From Octopus vulgaris (lineage: Eukaryota), in assembly GCA_951406725.2 (NCBI GenBank), contig OX597833.1, positions 16,864,001-16,928,000 of the forward strand: a stretch of DNA of 64,000 nt. Direction: 5' to 3'. This document shows, piece after piece, positions 13,151 through 26,669 of the stretch. Made by a program: the position numbers and the translations under genes. Positions within the stretch are counted from its first letter, which is position 1, and each line of letters starts with the position of its first letter. The notes under the pieces were generated by a model. That model was not told the DNA's origin and searched no databases. It saw nothing but the letters and a program-made list of their open reading frames with translations.

Positions 13151-13980
13151 ATAGGGAAATGAAAGATCCAAGAAGGGCAAGAAGGAGGGGAAAAGTCGCC
13201 AACGATACACACGCGGACACATTTTGAATGTATATATATGTATGTATTGTATACACAAACATTTTATATATACTCTTTTACTTGTTTCAGTCATTTGACT
13301 GTAGCCTTGCTGGAGCACCACATTTAGTCAAGCAAATCGAACCCAGGACTTATTCTTTGTAAGCCTAGTACTTATTCTATCGGTCTCTTTTGCCAAACCG
13401 CTAAGTTACGGGGACATAAACACACCAGCATCGGTTGTAAAGCGATGTTGGAGGGTCAAACACAGACACACAAATATATATACACACATACACACACATA
13501 TATATATACGACAGGCTTCTTTCAGTTTCCATCTACCAAATCCACTCACAAGGCTTTGGTTGGTCCGAGGCTATAGTAGAAGATATCTGCCCAAGTTGCC
13601 ACGCAGTGGGAATGAATCCGGAACCATGTGGTTCGTAAGCAAGCTACGTACCACACAGCCACGGTGGCAAAAAGCACCTTAGCGTGGATGTTTTATTAGA
13701 GCACCGACTACTGCATTATTTACCTGGAGAAGACCTCTCATATCGACGCAGGGTTCACAAAAGCACGCATATTTCTATCCCTAGCAGATGAGAAACGCGT
13801 GCTACGGGCTCCGGGAATGCTAGACTACGTGAGTCCGACCTGCTTCGTCTTTTCAGTGGCAGACGTCCGTTAGTTGCTTCAAGCGAAATCCCATTGCCAA
13901 CGATATGTGGAATTCCAGTGACCCTTCAGGCATTAATGTAGCAAATAGCCAAAGACCAATCAAAAAATAATTTTGCCACA

Positions 13981-14565
13981 GAAGTGGCGTGGCTGTGTGG
14001 TAAGAAGGCGGTGAGCTGGCAGAAACGTTAGCACGCCGGGCGAAATGCTTAGCGGTATTTCGTCCGCCGCTACGTTGGGAGTTCAAATTCCGCCGAGGTC
14101 GACTTTGCCTTTCATTCTTTCGGAGTCGATAAATTAAGTACCAGTTACGCACTGAGGTCGATGTAATTGACTTAATCCGTTTGTATGTCCTTGTTTGTCC
14201 CCTCTGTGTTTAGCGCCTTGTAGGTAGTAAAGAAGAAATAGGTATTTCGTCTGCCGTTACGTTCTGAGTTCAAATTCCGCCGAGGTCGACTTTGCCTTTC
14301 ATCCTCTCGGGGTCGATAAATTAAGTACCAGTTATGCACTGGGGTCGAAGTAATCGACTTTATCCGTTTGTCTGTACTAGTTAGTCCCCTCTATGTTTAG
14401 CCCCTTGTGGGTAGTAAAGAAATAAGAAACCGGCTTCCCAACTACACGGCTCAGGGTTTAGTCTTACTGTGTGCACCTTGGGTAACTGTCTTCCACTTTA
14501 GTTTGGGGCCAACTAAATCCTTCTGAGTAGATTTGGTAGAACGAAACTGAAAGAAGCCTGTCGTA
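13981..14565 (+). mobile_element. SINE family C head interrupted by a MetaSINE dimer (14005-14424)
   Basis: GTGGCTGTGTGGTAAGAA | MetaSINE x2 | ...CTTCCCAACTAC...CACCTTGGGTAA. Confidence 0.8.
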
Positions 14566-14574
14566 TGTGTGTGT

Positions 14575-14649
<75 letters not shown>

Positions 14650-14881
14650 TACGTATGTATGCATTTATATAAAACTTCTGCGAAAGGCCTGATAAAATAT
14701 CTTATATATCTTATATCTTTAAAAATATCTTCTATCAGTCTGCACTAGGATGGACACACTTGGAACCAGGTATCTGAATGTATGGGCAAAAAGAGCTGTT
14801 GTAATCCTTTTCTTCAACACCTTTAATTCTCTCTATCATTTGTATTCCGTGTAAGTTGGACTTATTTTATATGTATAAATA

Positions 14882-15769
14882 CGAGGTCTGATCAATAATT
14901 ATCAGGGTTGTTGCCATCGTAAAGAAGCTAAAGCACACAGAGTAAAGCAGCTTGGCAAAGATTGGTCTTGAACTCTACTGTGCATGCGCACTAGTTTTCG
15001 ACATTCTAGCTCACTTCCGCTGTTTACAGCAGTGCTTGGAAGGAAAGTGTGTAGCGAGTGAGCGTCACATTGATCATGACAGAGAAAGTTGTCATGGCGA
15101 TACCTGCTCAGGGACCTACGCAAAGCTGCAGAAAGTGTATGGAAATGAGTATACGAGATGCATGCAAGTGTACGAGTGATTCAGACGTTTCCAAGATGGC
15201 CGAAAAATTGTCGATTTTGACGAACGTTCTGGGAGACCCACAACCAGTAAAACTCAGAAAAATATTGTAGACATGCGTACAACTGTATGTGGGAAGCGTC
15301 GAATCACCATCAGTGAGTTATTAGAGTACGTGCAGATTAGTTGCGGTTCAGTTCAGGCCATTATCACTGAAGATTTGTGTAAGTGTGTGCCAAGTTTGTG
15401 TCAAAACTGCTTTCAGCTGCCCAAAAAGACACTCGGATTTCAGTTGCGCAAGATCTCCTTAATTGTGTCGAGAACAATGAAAACTTTTTGAAAACTTTGC
15501 GTAGGCCTCTGAGTAGGCATCGTCAAGCTTTTGACAAAATTTAATGCAGATTTTCTGCTCAACTTTCTCTGTCATTGTCAATGCGACGGTCACACGCTAC
15601 ACACCTTCCTTCCAAGTCCTGCCGTAAACACCAGAAGTAAGCTAGAACGCTGAAACTTACTGCACACACACAGTAGAGTTTAAGATAAATCTGTGCCAAG
15701 CGGCTTCACTCTCCGTGCTTTAGTTTCGTCACTATAGCAACAGTCCGAATACTTATTGATCAGACCGTG
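14882..15769 (+). mobile_element. Internally deleted Tc1/mariner element with long TIRs
   Basis: TA|CGAGGTCTGATCAATAA...TTATTGATCAGACCGTG|TA with ~200 bp imperfect inverted ends. Internal pseudo-ORF VYE*FRRFQDGR...DERSGRPTTS...RRITISEL (mariner HTH). Partial second copy at ~55085-55240. Confidence 0.85.
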
Positions 15770-16594
15770 TATATACATTTTTTGTATTTCATGCATTTAT
15801 TTTACTTTATATATTGATCTGTCTAATCTGATTATCTCTACATTTACTTCTACGCCTGTATATATGAATGTATATGGGTGTATAATGAGACAGATAACTC
15901 CTTCACATGTATCAACCATAGATTTTTGATTCAGCTCCCAAGCACTAACTGAATCCACACATCTATAAGCAACTACACGTTAGTAAATATAGGTATTTAG
16001 TATCGAGTATTTTACTGATCTAGTGCATACTGATCACAACTCTTACTAACCTAGACTTTTGTCGTTCATCGATTTCCAATAACTGATCATTCTGGCTTCA
16101 TTTTACTCTTGTGCATTTGAAATTAAATTACAAATCTATAACGAAAGATCTCATTTTGTGCTGTCGACTCCTTCACTAGGAAGGCAACTTCTACCGTTTT
16201 CTCTATTCTTAATTTAGCCAGAATTTTTGGAGACACCAGGTCTCGCTTTCTGCACTCTTAGAGTTACCTTGGTTACCTTATCATTATGAAAGTCGATGAC
16301 ACCAAGAGCTGGGAATTCAAGTTAAGAAACTAATGAAGCTGTAGCTTACTGTGGTGTTTTTTCTGTTTTTTTTTTATGCATCTCATCTCTAGAAGTATCA
16401 TATTCACTTCCATTCTCCTTCCTAAATGTTCTTAGTATATATTTTCGCTCTTTATTCTTCTTTCTCTATTTCCCAGCGCTCTATTTATCCACCGCCCCTC
16501 TTTCGACTTATGAATCCAAATTATATTTTCTCTCGTTATATCACGTCTGTTAAATCTCTTTCATTTCCTTCTCTTGTTCACTATCTTTCTTTCC

Positions 16595-16599
<5 letters not shown>

Positions 16600-16648
<49 letters not shown>

Positions 16649-16653
16649 ATCTA

Positions 16654-16743
<90 letters not shown>

Positions 16744-16786
16744 AACCTATCTGACTGTCTGTCTGTGTGTCTGTCTACCTACTTAC

Positions 16787-16831
<45 letters not shown>

Positions 16832-16835
16832 AATA

Positions 16836-16908
<73 letters not shown>

Positions 16909-16972
16909 GACTGTCTGTCTGTGTGTCTGTCTACCTACTTACCTATCTATCTATCTATCTATCTATCTATCC

Positions 16973-17027
<55 letters not shown>

Positions 17028-17660
17028 CATCTATCTATCTATCTATCTATCTAATCTCATAATCTTTCACTATTTCTCCAACCCACAGACACACCACTGG
17101 CTGATTAATTCTCAGACTTACTGATTCACGGACACCTCCCACTTTCTTACTCACTCACTTGCTCATTCACTTACTTACTCACTCATACGCTCATTCGCTC
17201 ATTCCCTCACTTACTCATTCAGTCACTTAATCCCTTGCTTGCTCACTCACTCACTCACTCATTCTCTTATACACTCACTCACACTACTCACCCACTCACT
17301 CAATCACTCACTCCCTACCTTCCTCACTCCCCCTCTCTTCCTCTCTCACTCACTCACTCCCTCCCTCCTTTCCTCACTCCCCCTCTCTTCCTCTCTCCAC
17401 CTCTCTCCCTCTCTCCCTCTCCCTCTCACTCACTCACTCAATCACCTACTCGCTCACTCACTCGCTCACTCACTCACCCCCTCACTCATTCGCTCGCTCA
17501 TTCTCTCACTCTCTCACTCTCTCATTCGCTCGCTCACTCACTCACTCACTCACTCACACTCTCTCTTATTCACTCACACTTTCCCTACCTCCCTCCCTCC
17601 CTCCCTCACTCACTCACTCTCTTATTTCCCTCCCATTCTCACTACCCCACTCCCTCACTC
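16600..17660. repeat. (CT)n/(ATCT)n/(CACT)n pyrimidine-rich compound microsatellite
   Basis: Directly visible. Confidence 0.9.
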
Positions 17661-18261
17661 ACAGATCCACTCATCGTTTACCCTCTTTTACCTCCCTTCT
17701 TTTACCCTCTTCAATCCCGCCCAAAGGTTCCATTCGGATTTTTCCCGCTCAAAATTCTTATTACCTCCCCTTCTTTTTTTATGAACAGTCGACATCTTAG
17801 TCTCAGAGAAGCAAAACTGTTTTCGCAATTAACCCATTAGTAACTAATCGATTGAAAACTGTTGGCATCCCAGTTTGTAAAGACAGCCAAATATAGAATC
17901 AGATAAACGACACACGAGTCCTTTTCAACATAACATCTGCATTTAAAATATATTGTATTGCATTATTGATTTGTCAGCGATATATTTGGGGCAGCCTGTA
18001 AGGTTTCAGGTTTCTTCTTCGCTATTGATTCGCCAACTTTATTTTCAGTGATAGTCTTGGAACGAATATTATCTTGTGAAAACCGAAACAGCGAATGCAA
18101 GAGCATTTCTGGAGAAAAGAGTGAAGGGACGAGGAAAGATCAAAGAAGGAAACAGCAGCAACAATAACAAAGAAAATACAAATAACCAACAAAAACAACA
18201 GCGACGATAGCAGAAGGAAAATTAAAACGCCGTTAAACGTAATAAACGCGATCTCACGTTA

Positions 18262-18774
18262 TCTATATATATAAAACTGTAGTTGTGTGAGTGTCTGTCC
18301 CCTTCGATTTAGATTCCTAACTACTCCCACATTTTGCGGTGCAGTTTAACCAAATTCGGGTATCTTATAGTCGTGATTCATATCGAGCCCGTCTGAGTAT
18401 TAGCGCGCGTCTACGATGAGTCTACGATTTTAAAAATAATTTAACATCATTTTTTATTCCATTTTAATGCATAATTTTTCGTGTGTCGATGGCGGCGGAG
18501 TTGGCGTCCATGGTCACACCTGCACCTGTTTGCTTCTCCCCCTTCTTCCCTCCCTCGTGAAGCTGCGGGGAAGGGAGTGTAAGGAAATCAACGTTGTAAA
18601 GCGTTGTCAAGGAGACCAGCGTTCTTTTAGAACAACGACTTCATGGCTTGAAGACACCAAAACAGAAATGGCTAAGAAAGTCCGAATTGGCATCTATAAG
18701 GGAAGTAACTCTCTAAAAATGCTTATATAGTTATTTCCCTTACAAACCCGAGCAACGCCGGGCGATACTGCTAG
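18262..18774 (+). mobile_element. Non-autonomous Helitron
   Basis: A^TC 5' end, subterminal hairpin CCCGAGCAACGCCGGG, CTAG^T 3' end, no TSD. Confidence 0.85.
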
Positions 18775-19229
18775 TAGAAAATAAAATGAAGTCTGCTGCT
18801 AAAGATATGCTATTATTTTTTATTGGCTCACAGCTTTCAGGGTCTGTGATCGATCAGATTGAACATAGTATGTAGACATGTCTGGAACTTAGGTTATTGT
18901 TCTTTGCGGTTCCTTAACTTCTAATTTGCGGAACATAAAGATACGCATCATAAAGTTTGCTGTAAAAATGAACACTGCTGTGGACGTAAACACGGCGGCA
19001 AACAAACGTATACGCACATGTACTCATTTAGCCACGCATGCATAAATTCATACATACATACATACACGTACACACAAAGATTCTTTTCTTTTGTTTTTTT
19101 ATGTGTTTCAGTCACTTCACTGCGGCCATGCTGGAGCACCGCCTTTAGTCGAGCAAATCGACTCCAAGACTTAATCTTTGTAAGCCTAGTACTTATTCTA
19201 TCGGTCTCTTTTGCCGAACCGCTTAATGG

Positions 19230-19517
19230 ATAATTCACCTTTGGAAACATGGGTGTTTCGTTCAACATCCTTAAACAACCCTTATTCAGGGATCTTTTCA
19301 GCGGGATGGGCTACTCAACCTGAAGAAAATTCTACCTGGGCTCTACCCGCTAGGTTATGCGCTGTTAATCTTGATATGAGATCACTTTTTCGCGCACATA
19401 TGGTTGCGATGCATGTGTCTGGTGTACCCTTATCAGACGGGTAGTCATGATGGGTAAACTGGGCTTCGTATATTTTACCCCGGTGTCACTTTGATGGCAT
19501 GCACTACTTTCTCACTC

Positions 19518-19560
<43 letters not shown>
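19230..19560 (+). mobile_element. LINE-type 3'UTR fragment ending in (AAT)n
   Basis: High-complexity block that truncates a SINE at ~19225 and ends CTCACTC(AAT)n; clade not determined. Confidence 0.45.
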
Positions 19561-19561
<1 letters not shown>

Positions 19562-19564
19562 TGT

Positions 19565-20189
19565 TCTTTTCTACTATAGGTATAAGGTCTGAAATTTGGG
19601 TGAGGGGGTATGTTGATTATACATCGACCCCAGTACTCAATTGGTGCTTATTCTATCGATCCCGAAAGGATGTAAAGCAAAGTCGACCGTGGTGGAATTT
19701 GAACTCAGAATTTAATGATGAAATGATGAATGCCAATAAGTTTGTTTTTTTTGTCCGGCGAGTCAATCACTCTCCTAGCACGCCGCTTTAACAATAATAA
19801 TAATAATCATTTTTACTGGAGGCACAAGGCAACAAATTTGTGAGGAGGAGACTAGTCAATTACATCGACCTCAGTGATTCATCGACCCCGAAAGGATGAA
19901 AGGCAAAGTCGACCTTGGCGGAATTTGAACTCAGAACGTAAAGACAGACGAAATACCTATTTCTTTACTACCCACAAGGGACTAAACGCAGAGAGGACAA
20001 ACAAGGGCAGACAAACGGATTAAGTCGTTTACATAGACCCCAGTGCGTAACTGGTACCTATTTTATCGACCCCGAAAGGTTGAAAGGCTAAGTCGACCTT
20101 GGTGGAATTTAAACTCAGAACGTAACGGCAGTCGAATTACGGTTACGCATTTCGCCCGGCGTGCTAACGTTTCTACCAGCTCGCCGCCT

Positions 20190-20190
<1 letters not shown>
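19565..20190 (-). mobile_element. MetaSINE-type copies
   Basis: Meta domain on the minus strand three times. Further single copies at ~270-590(-), 9860-10035(-), 29882-30085(+), 35575-35775(-), 38150-38368(+), 54648-54878(+), 61211-61447(+). Confidence 0.8.
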
Positions 20191-20225
<35 letters not shown>

Positions 20226-20929
20226 AAATAATAATAATAATAATAATGATAGTAATAACAACAACAACAACAATATTAATATTTATAGAGCTGAAAATGA
20301 TAAATAATAATCTGAAAGATGGGTGAGATAATATTTTGTCGAGTTAAAATTAAATATAAAGTTATCATATTCGTTTCCGTATACGAGTTAATCAAAAATG
20401 GAGTATGGTTCTTTTTAATTTAATTAACAAAGACATGATTGTAATTGAAGAAAAAATAAAAAGAATTTTTGAATGCAGAATATCGAGTAACTGAAAGGAA
20501 ATATATGAAAATTGATCATGTAATGCATATCGATCTTTATTGATTGACTAATAAAATATTTTATTCAATCACGTTACAGCACAAGCGTAGAGCGTCGAAG
20601 TTGTTAAAAAATATATTTGGAAGCCCTTTCGTTCGAATTGGTCTGTGCTATAATATATTGGTTGCACCTACCCGTGTTGTCGAACTAGTAGATTGGATAA
20701 ATGACAGGTTTTTGACAATCTAAAACAGTCTGCAGGCACAAATAAATTCATTTCCATGCAACTGTTAGAAGTTATGTTCATTGATCATTTTTAATAGTTT
20801 TATGCGGTGGGTGGGCAATTACGCTCTTTTACACATACATTTTTGTTGTTGTAGTTATGAAGGATGCTAAAAACAGATATTCTAAGTTCTTCAATTCTAA
20901 TGTTGTTCATGTTGTTATTTGTTCCTTCT

Positions 20930-21665
20930 CGAGCCATTGCCTGCGACCCTGCTGGCCGGTTTCCCGAGTGAGAGAAAGTTGTGGCGAAAGAGTATTCATA
21001 AGTTCGCCATTAAACTCTGCCAGAGCCGCGTGGAGCTTAGGTGCTCAAAAACACATATCGCTCGGTCTGAGATTCAAACCCGTGAGCCCTCGATCGCGAG
21101 TCCGCTGCTCTAACCACTGAGAGTGTTAGTTATAGATATGTTTTCTTGTTTATCTTTTACTCGTTTCATCCATTGGACTGCGACCCTGCTGGGGCATCAC
21201 TGAGTGAGAGAAATTGTGGTGAAAGAGTCATCAGAAGTCCGCTATTAACTTCTGCCGGAGCCGCGTGGAACTTAGATGTTTCGCTCAAAAACACACATAT
21301 CCCGGCCTGAGATTCAAACCCGTGAGCCTTCGATCGCGAGTCCGCTGCTCTAACCACTGAGAGTGTTAGTTATAGATATGTTTTCTTGTTTATCTTTTAC
21401 TCGTTTCATCCATTGGACTGCGACCCTGCTGGGGCATCACTGAGTGAGAGAAATTGTGGTAAAAGAGTCATCAGAAGTCCGTTATTAACTTCGCTCAAAA
21501 ACACACATCGCCCGGTCTGAGATTCGAACCCGTGAGCCCTCGATCGCGAGTCCGCTGCTCTAACAATAGGGCCATGTGCCTCCACAGTGTTAGTTATAGA
21601 TATGTTTTATTGTTTATCTTTTACCCGTTTCATTCATTGGATTGCGACCCTGCTGGGGCACCACC
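20930..21665. repeat. Imperfect tandem triplication (~240-bp period) of a SINE A head / spacer / SINE C tail junction
   Basis: AGTGTTAGTTATAGATATG at ~21122, 21362 and 21586. Confidence 0.8.
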
Positions 21666-21789
21666 TTGAAGCGGTTAGTCAAACAAATCGATCTAACATG
21701 ACTTGTTTTTAGTGTGGTACTTATTCAATCAGGCTCTTTTGCTGAACCGCTAAGTTACAGTAAATAAACAAACCGGTGGGTGGGGAATC

Positions 21790-22290
21790 GTTTTCTATTG
21801 AAATTGCTCAAGCTTTTGGAATGTCATTCTCGCTCTATGTGGGCCGTGAATTATCCTGATGGAAGAACACTTTTCGTTTTGAATCCAAAGATGGTCGTTT
21901 TTCTTCTAGCGCAAGTGTCAATGAATGGTTGAATGACCAAATTCCAAGCTTCTCTGCTAGTTCCTCAACAGTTCCGACGGGATTTTGTTCCACCAGGGTT
22001 TGCAAGACGTCCTCGTCGAACTCTACACATCTTCCAGGTCAAAGCTCGCCTTCTGAGCTGTAGTTTCCGGCTCAGAATTTCTGCAACCACCACTGACACT
22101 AGCCTATGCTTATTGTCTGATCCCCATATACTGCATTAATATTCCTCGCACTTTCCGTTGTGTCATTTCCTTTATTGAGTTCATAAAGCAAAATATGCTA
22201 AATGTACTCCTTTGTCACTTCCATTATAGGTTTGAAAACATAACTGTTAAAATCGAACTGTACTCTTCAAAACTTGCACTAAGAATAAGT
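21790..22290 (-). pseudogene. Mariner transposase remnant
   Basis: Minus-strand fragments HILLYELNKGNDTTESARN (N-terminus) and VFFHQDNSRP (catalytic HDN motif). Confidence 0.7.
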
Positions 22291-22864
22291 AAAGGTAAAA
22301 TTACTACCTGCTTTTATAGTATGTTGATGCAAGTAGTTTATCCCGTCCCCCACCGACTGAAAGCCAGTGAACAGAAATTACGATGCCGGTTTGACTTTGA
22401 ATCTCTTTAACAATTCAAAATAATGAATTTAATTCCTCGTAATTCTACCTCAGTCCATCTAATTGTATTTATTTATCGCTACTTCCATTTTAAAGAAGCC
22501 TTTATGTTTTTGATATGTGCATTTTCGCTTTTTTCTTTCCCCATATCTTTTCCACGTTTCCATAAGTTGGACCTATATAACATTCTTCAATGCACTAAAA
22601 ATTATTTTCTCCTGAATATGCGTAACTGAAATTCAAGTGCGTCTAATATAACTGTTCGTTTTTTTGTTTTAGGTCATCAAATATGGAATTTTACTGTTCT
22701 AGAATGATATTCTATAATTTTTTAACGGAAGACTATTGGTTAATGACATTTCATATATTTTCGATGAAACTGATTCTGCATTTTAGCCGTGTTTGGGAAC
22801 TAACTGATTCCGTCATTGTTACTTCCAAGTAACCTCGCTTAAAACCTGTTTCTGTGCTTGTTGG

Positions 22865-22933
<69 letters not shown>

Positions 22934-23090
22934 ACACACACACATGTGTGTGTTTATGTTGGGATGTATACATGTGAAAGGCCAAACGGAAGGAAGCAGC
23001 AGTCTGCACAATTGATTGGAGTTACAAAGATATTTTAATAACAGTTTGACTCAGCTCCACATGACATAACTTGGAGTTGAGTCAAACCGT

Positions 23091-23157
<67 letters not shown>

Positions 23158-23208
23158 CTGTGTATGTGTGTGTATGTATGTATATATATGTATATATATA
23201 TCTATGTA

Positions 23209-23248
<40 letters not shown>

Positions 23249-23362
23249 TATGTATATATATGTATATATATATGTATATATGTATATATACATATATATA
23301 TATGTGTGTGTATGTGTGTGTGTATGTATATATATATCTATATATATATATCTATGTATATA

Positions 23363-23432
<70 letters not shown>

Positions 23433-23579
23433 GTATATGTATATATATGTATATATATATATGTATAGATATATGTATATGTGTGTGTGTGTGTGTATGT
23501 GTTTGTATGTATGTATATATATATGTATATATATATATGTATATATGTATATATATATATACATATATATGTATATATA

Positions 23580-23633
<54 letters not shown>

Positions 23634-23675
23634 CATATGTGTGTATGTATTAATATATATAGAGAGAGAGATAGG

Positions 23676-23765
<90 letters not shown>

Positions 23766-24531
23766 TTCGACGGGCACAGCACAATTTACGTCTACCAAAT
23801 TTTATTAACCAAGTACTGGTGAAGTAGAATCTTTGCTCGTACCACTTGCGCCGGGGGTCGTGCAGTGTATTCGAACCTGAATCCGCTTGGTTGTTGAGGG
23901 CGAACTTCATTTATTATACTACTCCGCCTTCATTATTTATAGAAATTGCTAGATAAAATGTCAGAATTAAAACAGCTATCTTGGCGGTGTTTCAGTATTT
24001 CGTTTAATAAGTAAGTTTGTGTCGCTATATATATAAAACAAGAAGCGATAAAAACTAGCTAGAACTAGCTTGCACAGATGTCTATGTGGAGTAGGAAGTT
24101 CGCTCCGTTATAACGTGGTTCCGGATTTGATCCTGTCGTGCATTACATTGTTCAGCAAGAGTCTTCAATCAGAGCCTCGGGTGGACAAATATCACTCGCA
24201 ATACAAACTGATAAAAGGAAATTGTTCTGGGGTCATTATAAACACTCCTTTTATTTCTTTTGACCATTAGACAAAATCGATCCCAAGACATACTTTTTTC
24301 TAAAGCCTGGTACAAATTCTATCGGGGTCTTTAACCGAGCAGCTAGGTTACGAGGAAGAATTAACAAACTAACCCCGACTATCAAACGGCATGGAGAGAC
24401 AAATACAAGAACAAATACATACATACATACATACATACATACGTACGTATGTATATGTGTATGAATATATATACATACACACATAGATACATATATATAT
24501 GTTTTGTATGTGTATATATATATATACACAC

Positions 24532-24592
<61 letters not shown>

Positions 24593-24593
<1 letters not shown>

Positions 24594-24630
24594 CTTTCTG
24601 TTGAAGAGCGTAGGCTCGAAACGTTAAAGA
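24593..24630 (+). ncRNA. Minimal hammerhead motif, A6U variant (element 24593-24730)
   Basis: Motif identical to 29139-29176; the element starts at stem I directly after (TA)n. Confidence 0.7.
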
Positions 24631-24737
24631 CTTGTTTCATTTATATTTCCTGAGCCCCATACTAATACAATTGTTTGTTTGTATTCCACCTGCCTTCGTC
24701 TTTTGTCTATTTTCATAAAGCTTCCCGTTATATATAT

Positions 24738-24973
24738 ATACAAAATTAAGAGGGAATTACCACTAAAGTGGACACCTAATATGCTAAACATAGACGCCAA
24801 ATCACCATTACCACGAAGAATGTGTCTTCAAGAAAAATATCAGCAAAACGCCAAAATGTAAAAATGTAAAAAATGTAAAAATGAGAACACATTCTTCGTG
24901 GTAATGGTGATTTGACGTCTATGTTTAGCATATTAGGTGTCCACTTTAGTGGTCATTCCTCTTAAATTTGTAT
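24738..24973. repeat. Long inverted repeat (~87-bp arms, 61-bp spacer)
   Basis: 24738-24825 is the reverse complement of 24887-24973 with few mismatches; embedded in (TA)n. Confidence 0.85.
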
Positions 24974-25096
24974 GTAACACAGTTTTTAGTCTTCGGATTT
25001 TTAAAAATATGGTAAGCCACTGGTTTTAATTGATTAATATCAGTTTCTACCCTCATTATTTTATGTATATGTATATATATATACATATATACATAT

Positions 25097-25156
<60 letters not shown>

Positions 25157-25329
25157 ATATATATATGTGTGTGTGTGTATGTATATATAAGCATATAAAA
25201 TCATTGTACAACCACCACCCGGATGTGACCCACCAAAATTTAACATCTCTATTAGCAGAATTTCCATTGAATACATTGAACATTTCCTTTATCTTGGTAG
25301 ACTCCTGCCTGTCCAATGTACACCATCAA

Positions 25330-25970
25330 AGAAAATAGAAAACATCATCTAAGCAGTACACTCAGCCTTTTCAAAGCTCTCCAATAGAGTCTTTGGGAGC
25401 AGAAGTCTTACTATGTAGGCGAAAATGATCGTGTACTATGCCTTAGTTGTGTCTACCCTGTTGTATGGATGTGAGACGCGGGCCCTGTACTGCCATGACC
25501 TGAAAAAAACTTGAACAATTCCTTGAAAAGTAACTCCAGTCAATTTTCAGCATAGAATGAGATTATGTTACCAATACTGATGTACTAAAGGATGCGGGAA
25601 TAATTAGCATGGAGGCGACAATCATTAAGTACTTCAGATGGGTAGGCCACGCTAATCATGCGGGCAAAATTAGGCTCCCAAAGATGTTCCTATTTGGAGT
25701 ACTGAACAATGGGAGACGCCCTCCTGAACAACCCCTGCGATGATACAAATATCTATAGAAGGAAACTCGGAAGAGTACTGTTATAGACCAGAATTTCCTG
25801 GGAAATGACACCCAACCAACGCACTCTTTGACGTAATTTAACTGAACCAAGAATATCCCGTTTTGAAGAAAACAGAACGGGTATCGGAATGAAAGACAGA
25901 GCAACCCAAACGTAGCCAACACCAACAGTCCAATACGATTCTTGCAATAGGGTGTTTAGAGCAATAATTG
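25330..25970 (+). pseudogene. RTE-clade LINE ORF2 C-terminal remnant
   Basis: SAFSKLSNRVFGSRSLT...VYYALVVSTLLYGCET and RWVGH...RLPKMFLFGVLNNGRRP, with stops and frameshifts. A smaller RTE-like piece lies at ~6590-6740. Confidence 0.75.
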
Positions 25971-26085
25971 GGGAAAAACTATAATTCCCTACAGTACAAA
26001 TGATATCTATCTCCACTTTGGACTGAAATGTGCCAAATACTCGGAAAAGAGTCTTTGCAGACGACGAAAGTCACGATAATTCGTG

Positions 26086-26116
<31 letters not shown>

Positions 26117-26226
26117 ATATATATATAATATAATATATAAAATATTTAAATATATTAATATTATATATATATATAATATAATTAATATATATATATATAT
26201 AATATAATATAATATATATATATATA

Positions 26227-26263
<37 letters not shown>

Positions 26264-26669
26264 ATATGTAATAACTATATATATTAATATATATATATAT
26301 ATATACATGCATATATATGCATATATATAAAAAAAAGGTTGAACACAATGAGAAACGAAGACATAAAAACAAAAACATAGAAAACGAACTTTTTTCGAAC
26401 AATGTAAAAAAACAAGCAGAGAAACGAGACATACGACATAAAGAATATTCCCCTTCTTCAGTTGTCCTTGTTTCGACTACTCCACGTTTCGAAGGCATCA
26501 GTACACATTAAGTACAGCGCATCACACAGCCACGCCTATCCCTACATTGCTTATGTATCGTGCCCTATATATATCACCCTATACAAATATCATATGCCCG
26601 ATTATGTTTACAACTGGCTGAGATCTTTTATTGAAATACGCCATCAGTTTTTTTTTCTTTTCTTTTAAA

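Noticed and set aside
25008-25052. Possible hammerhead on minus (CTGATAT...AAAA-CCAG-TG)
   Set aside because: Core lacks G8 and G12, and the stems cannot be assigned.
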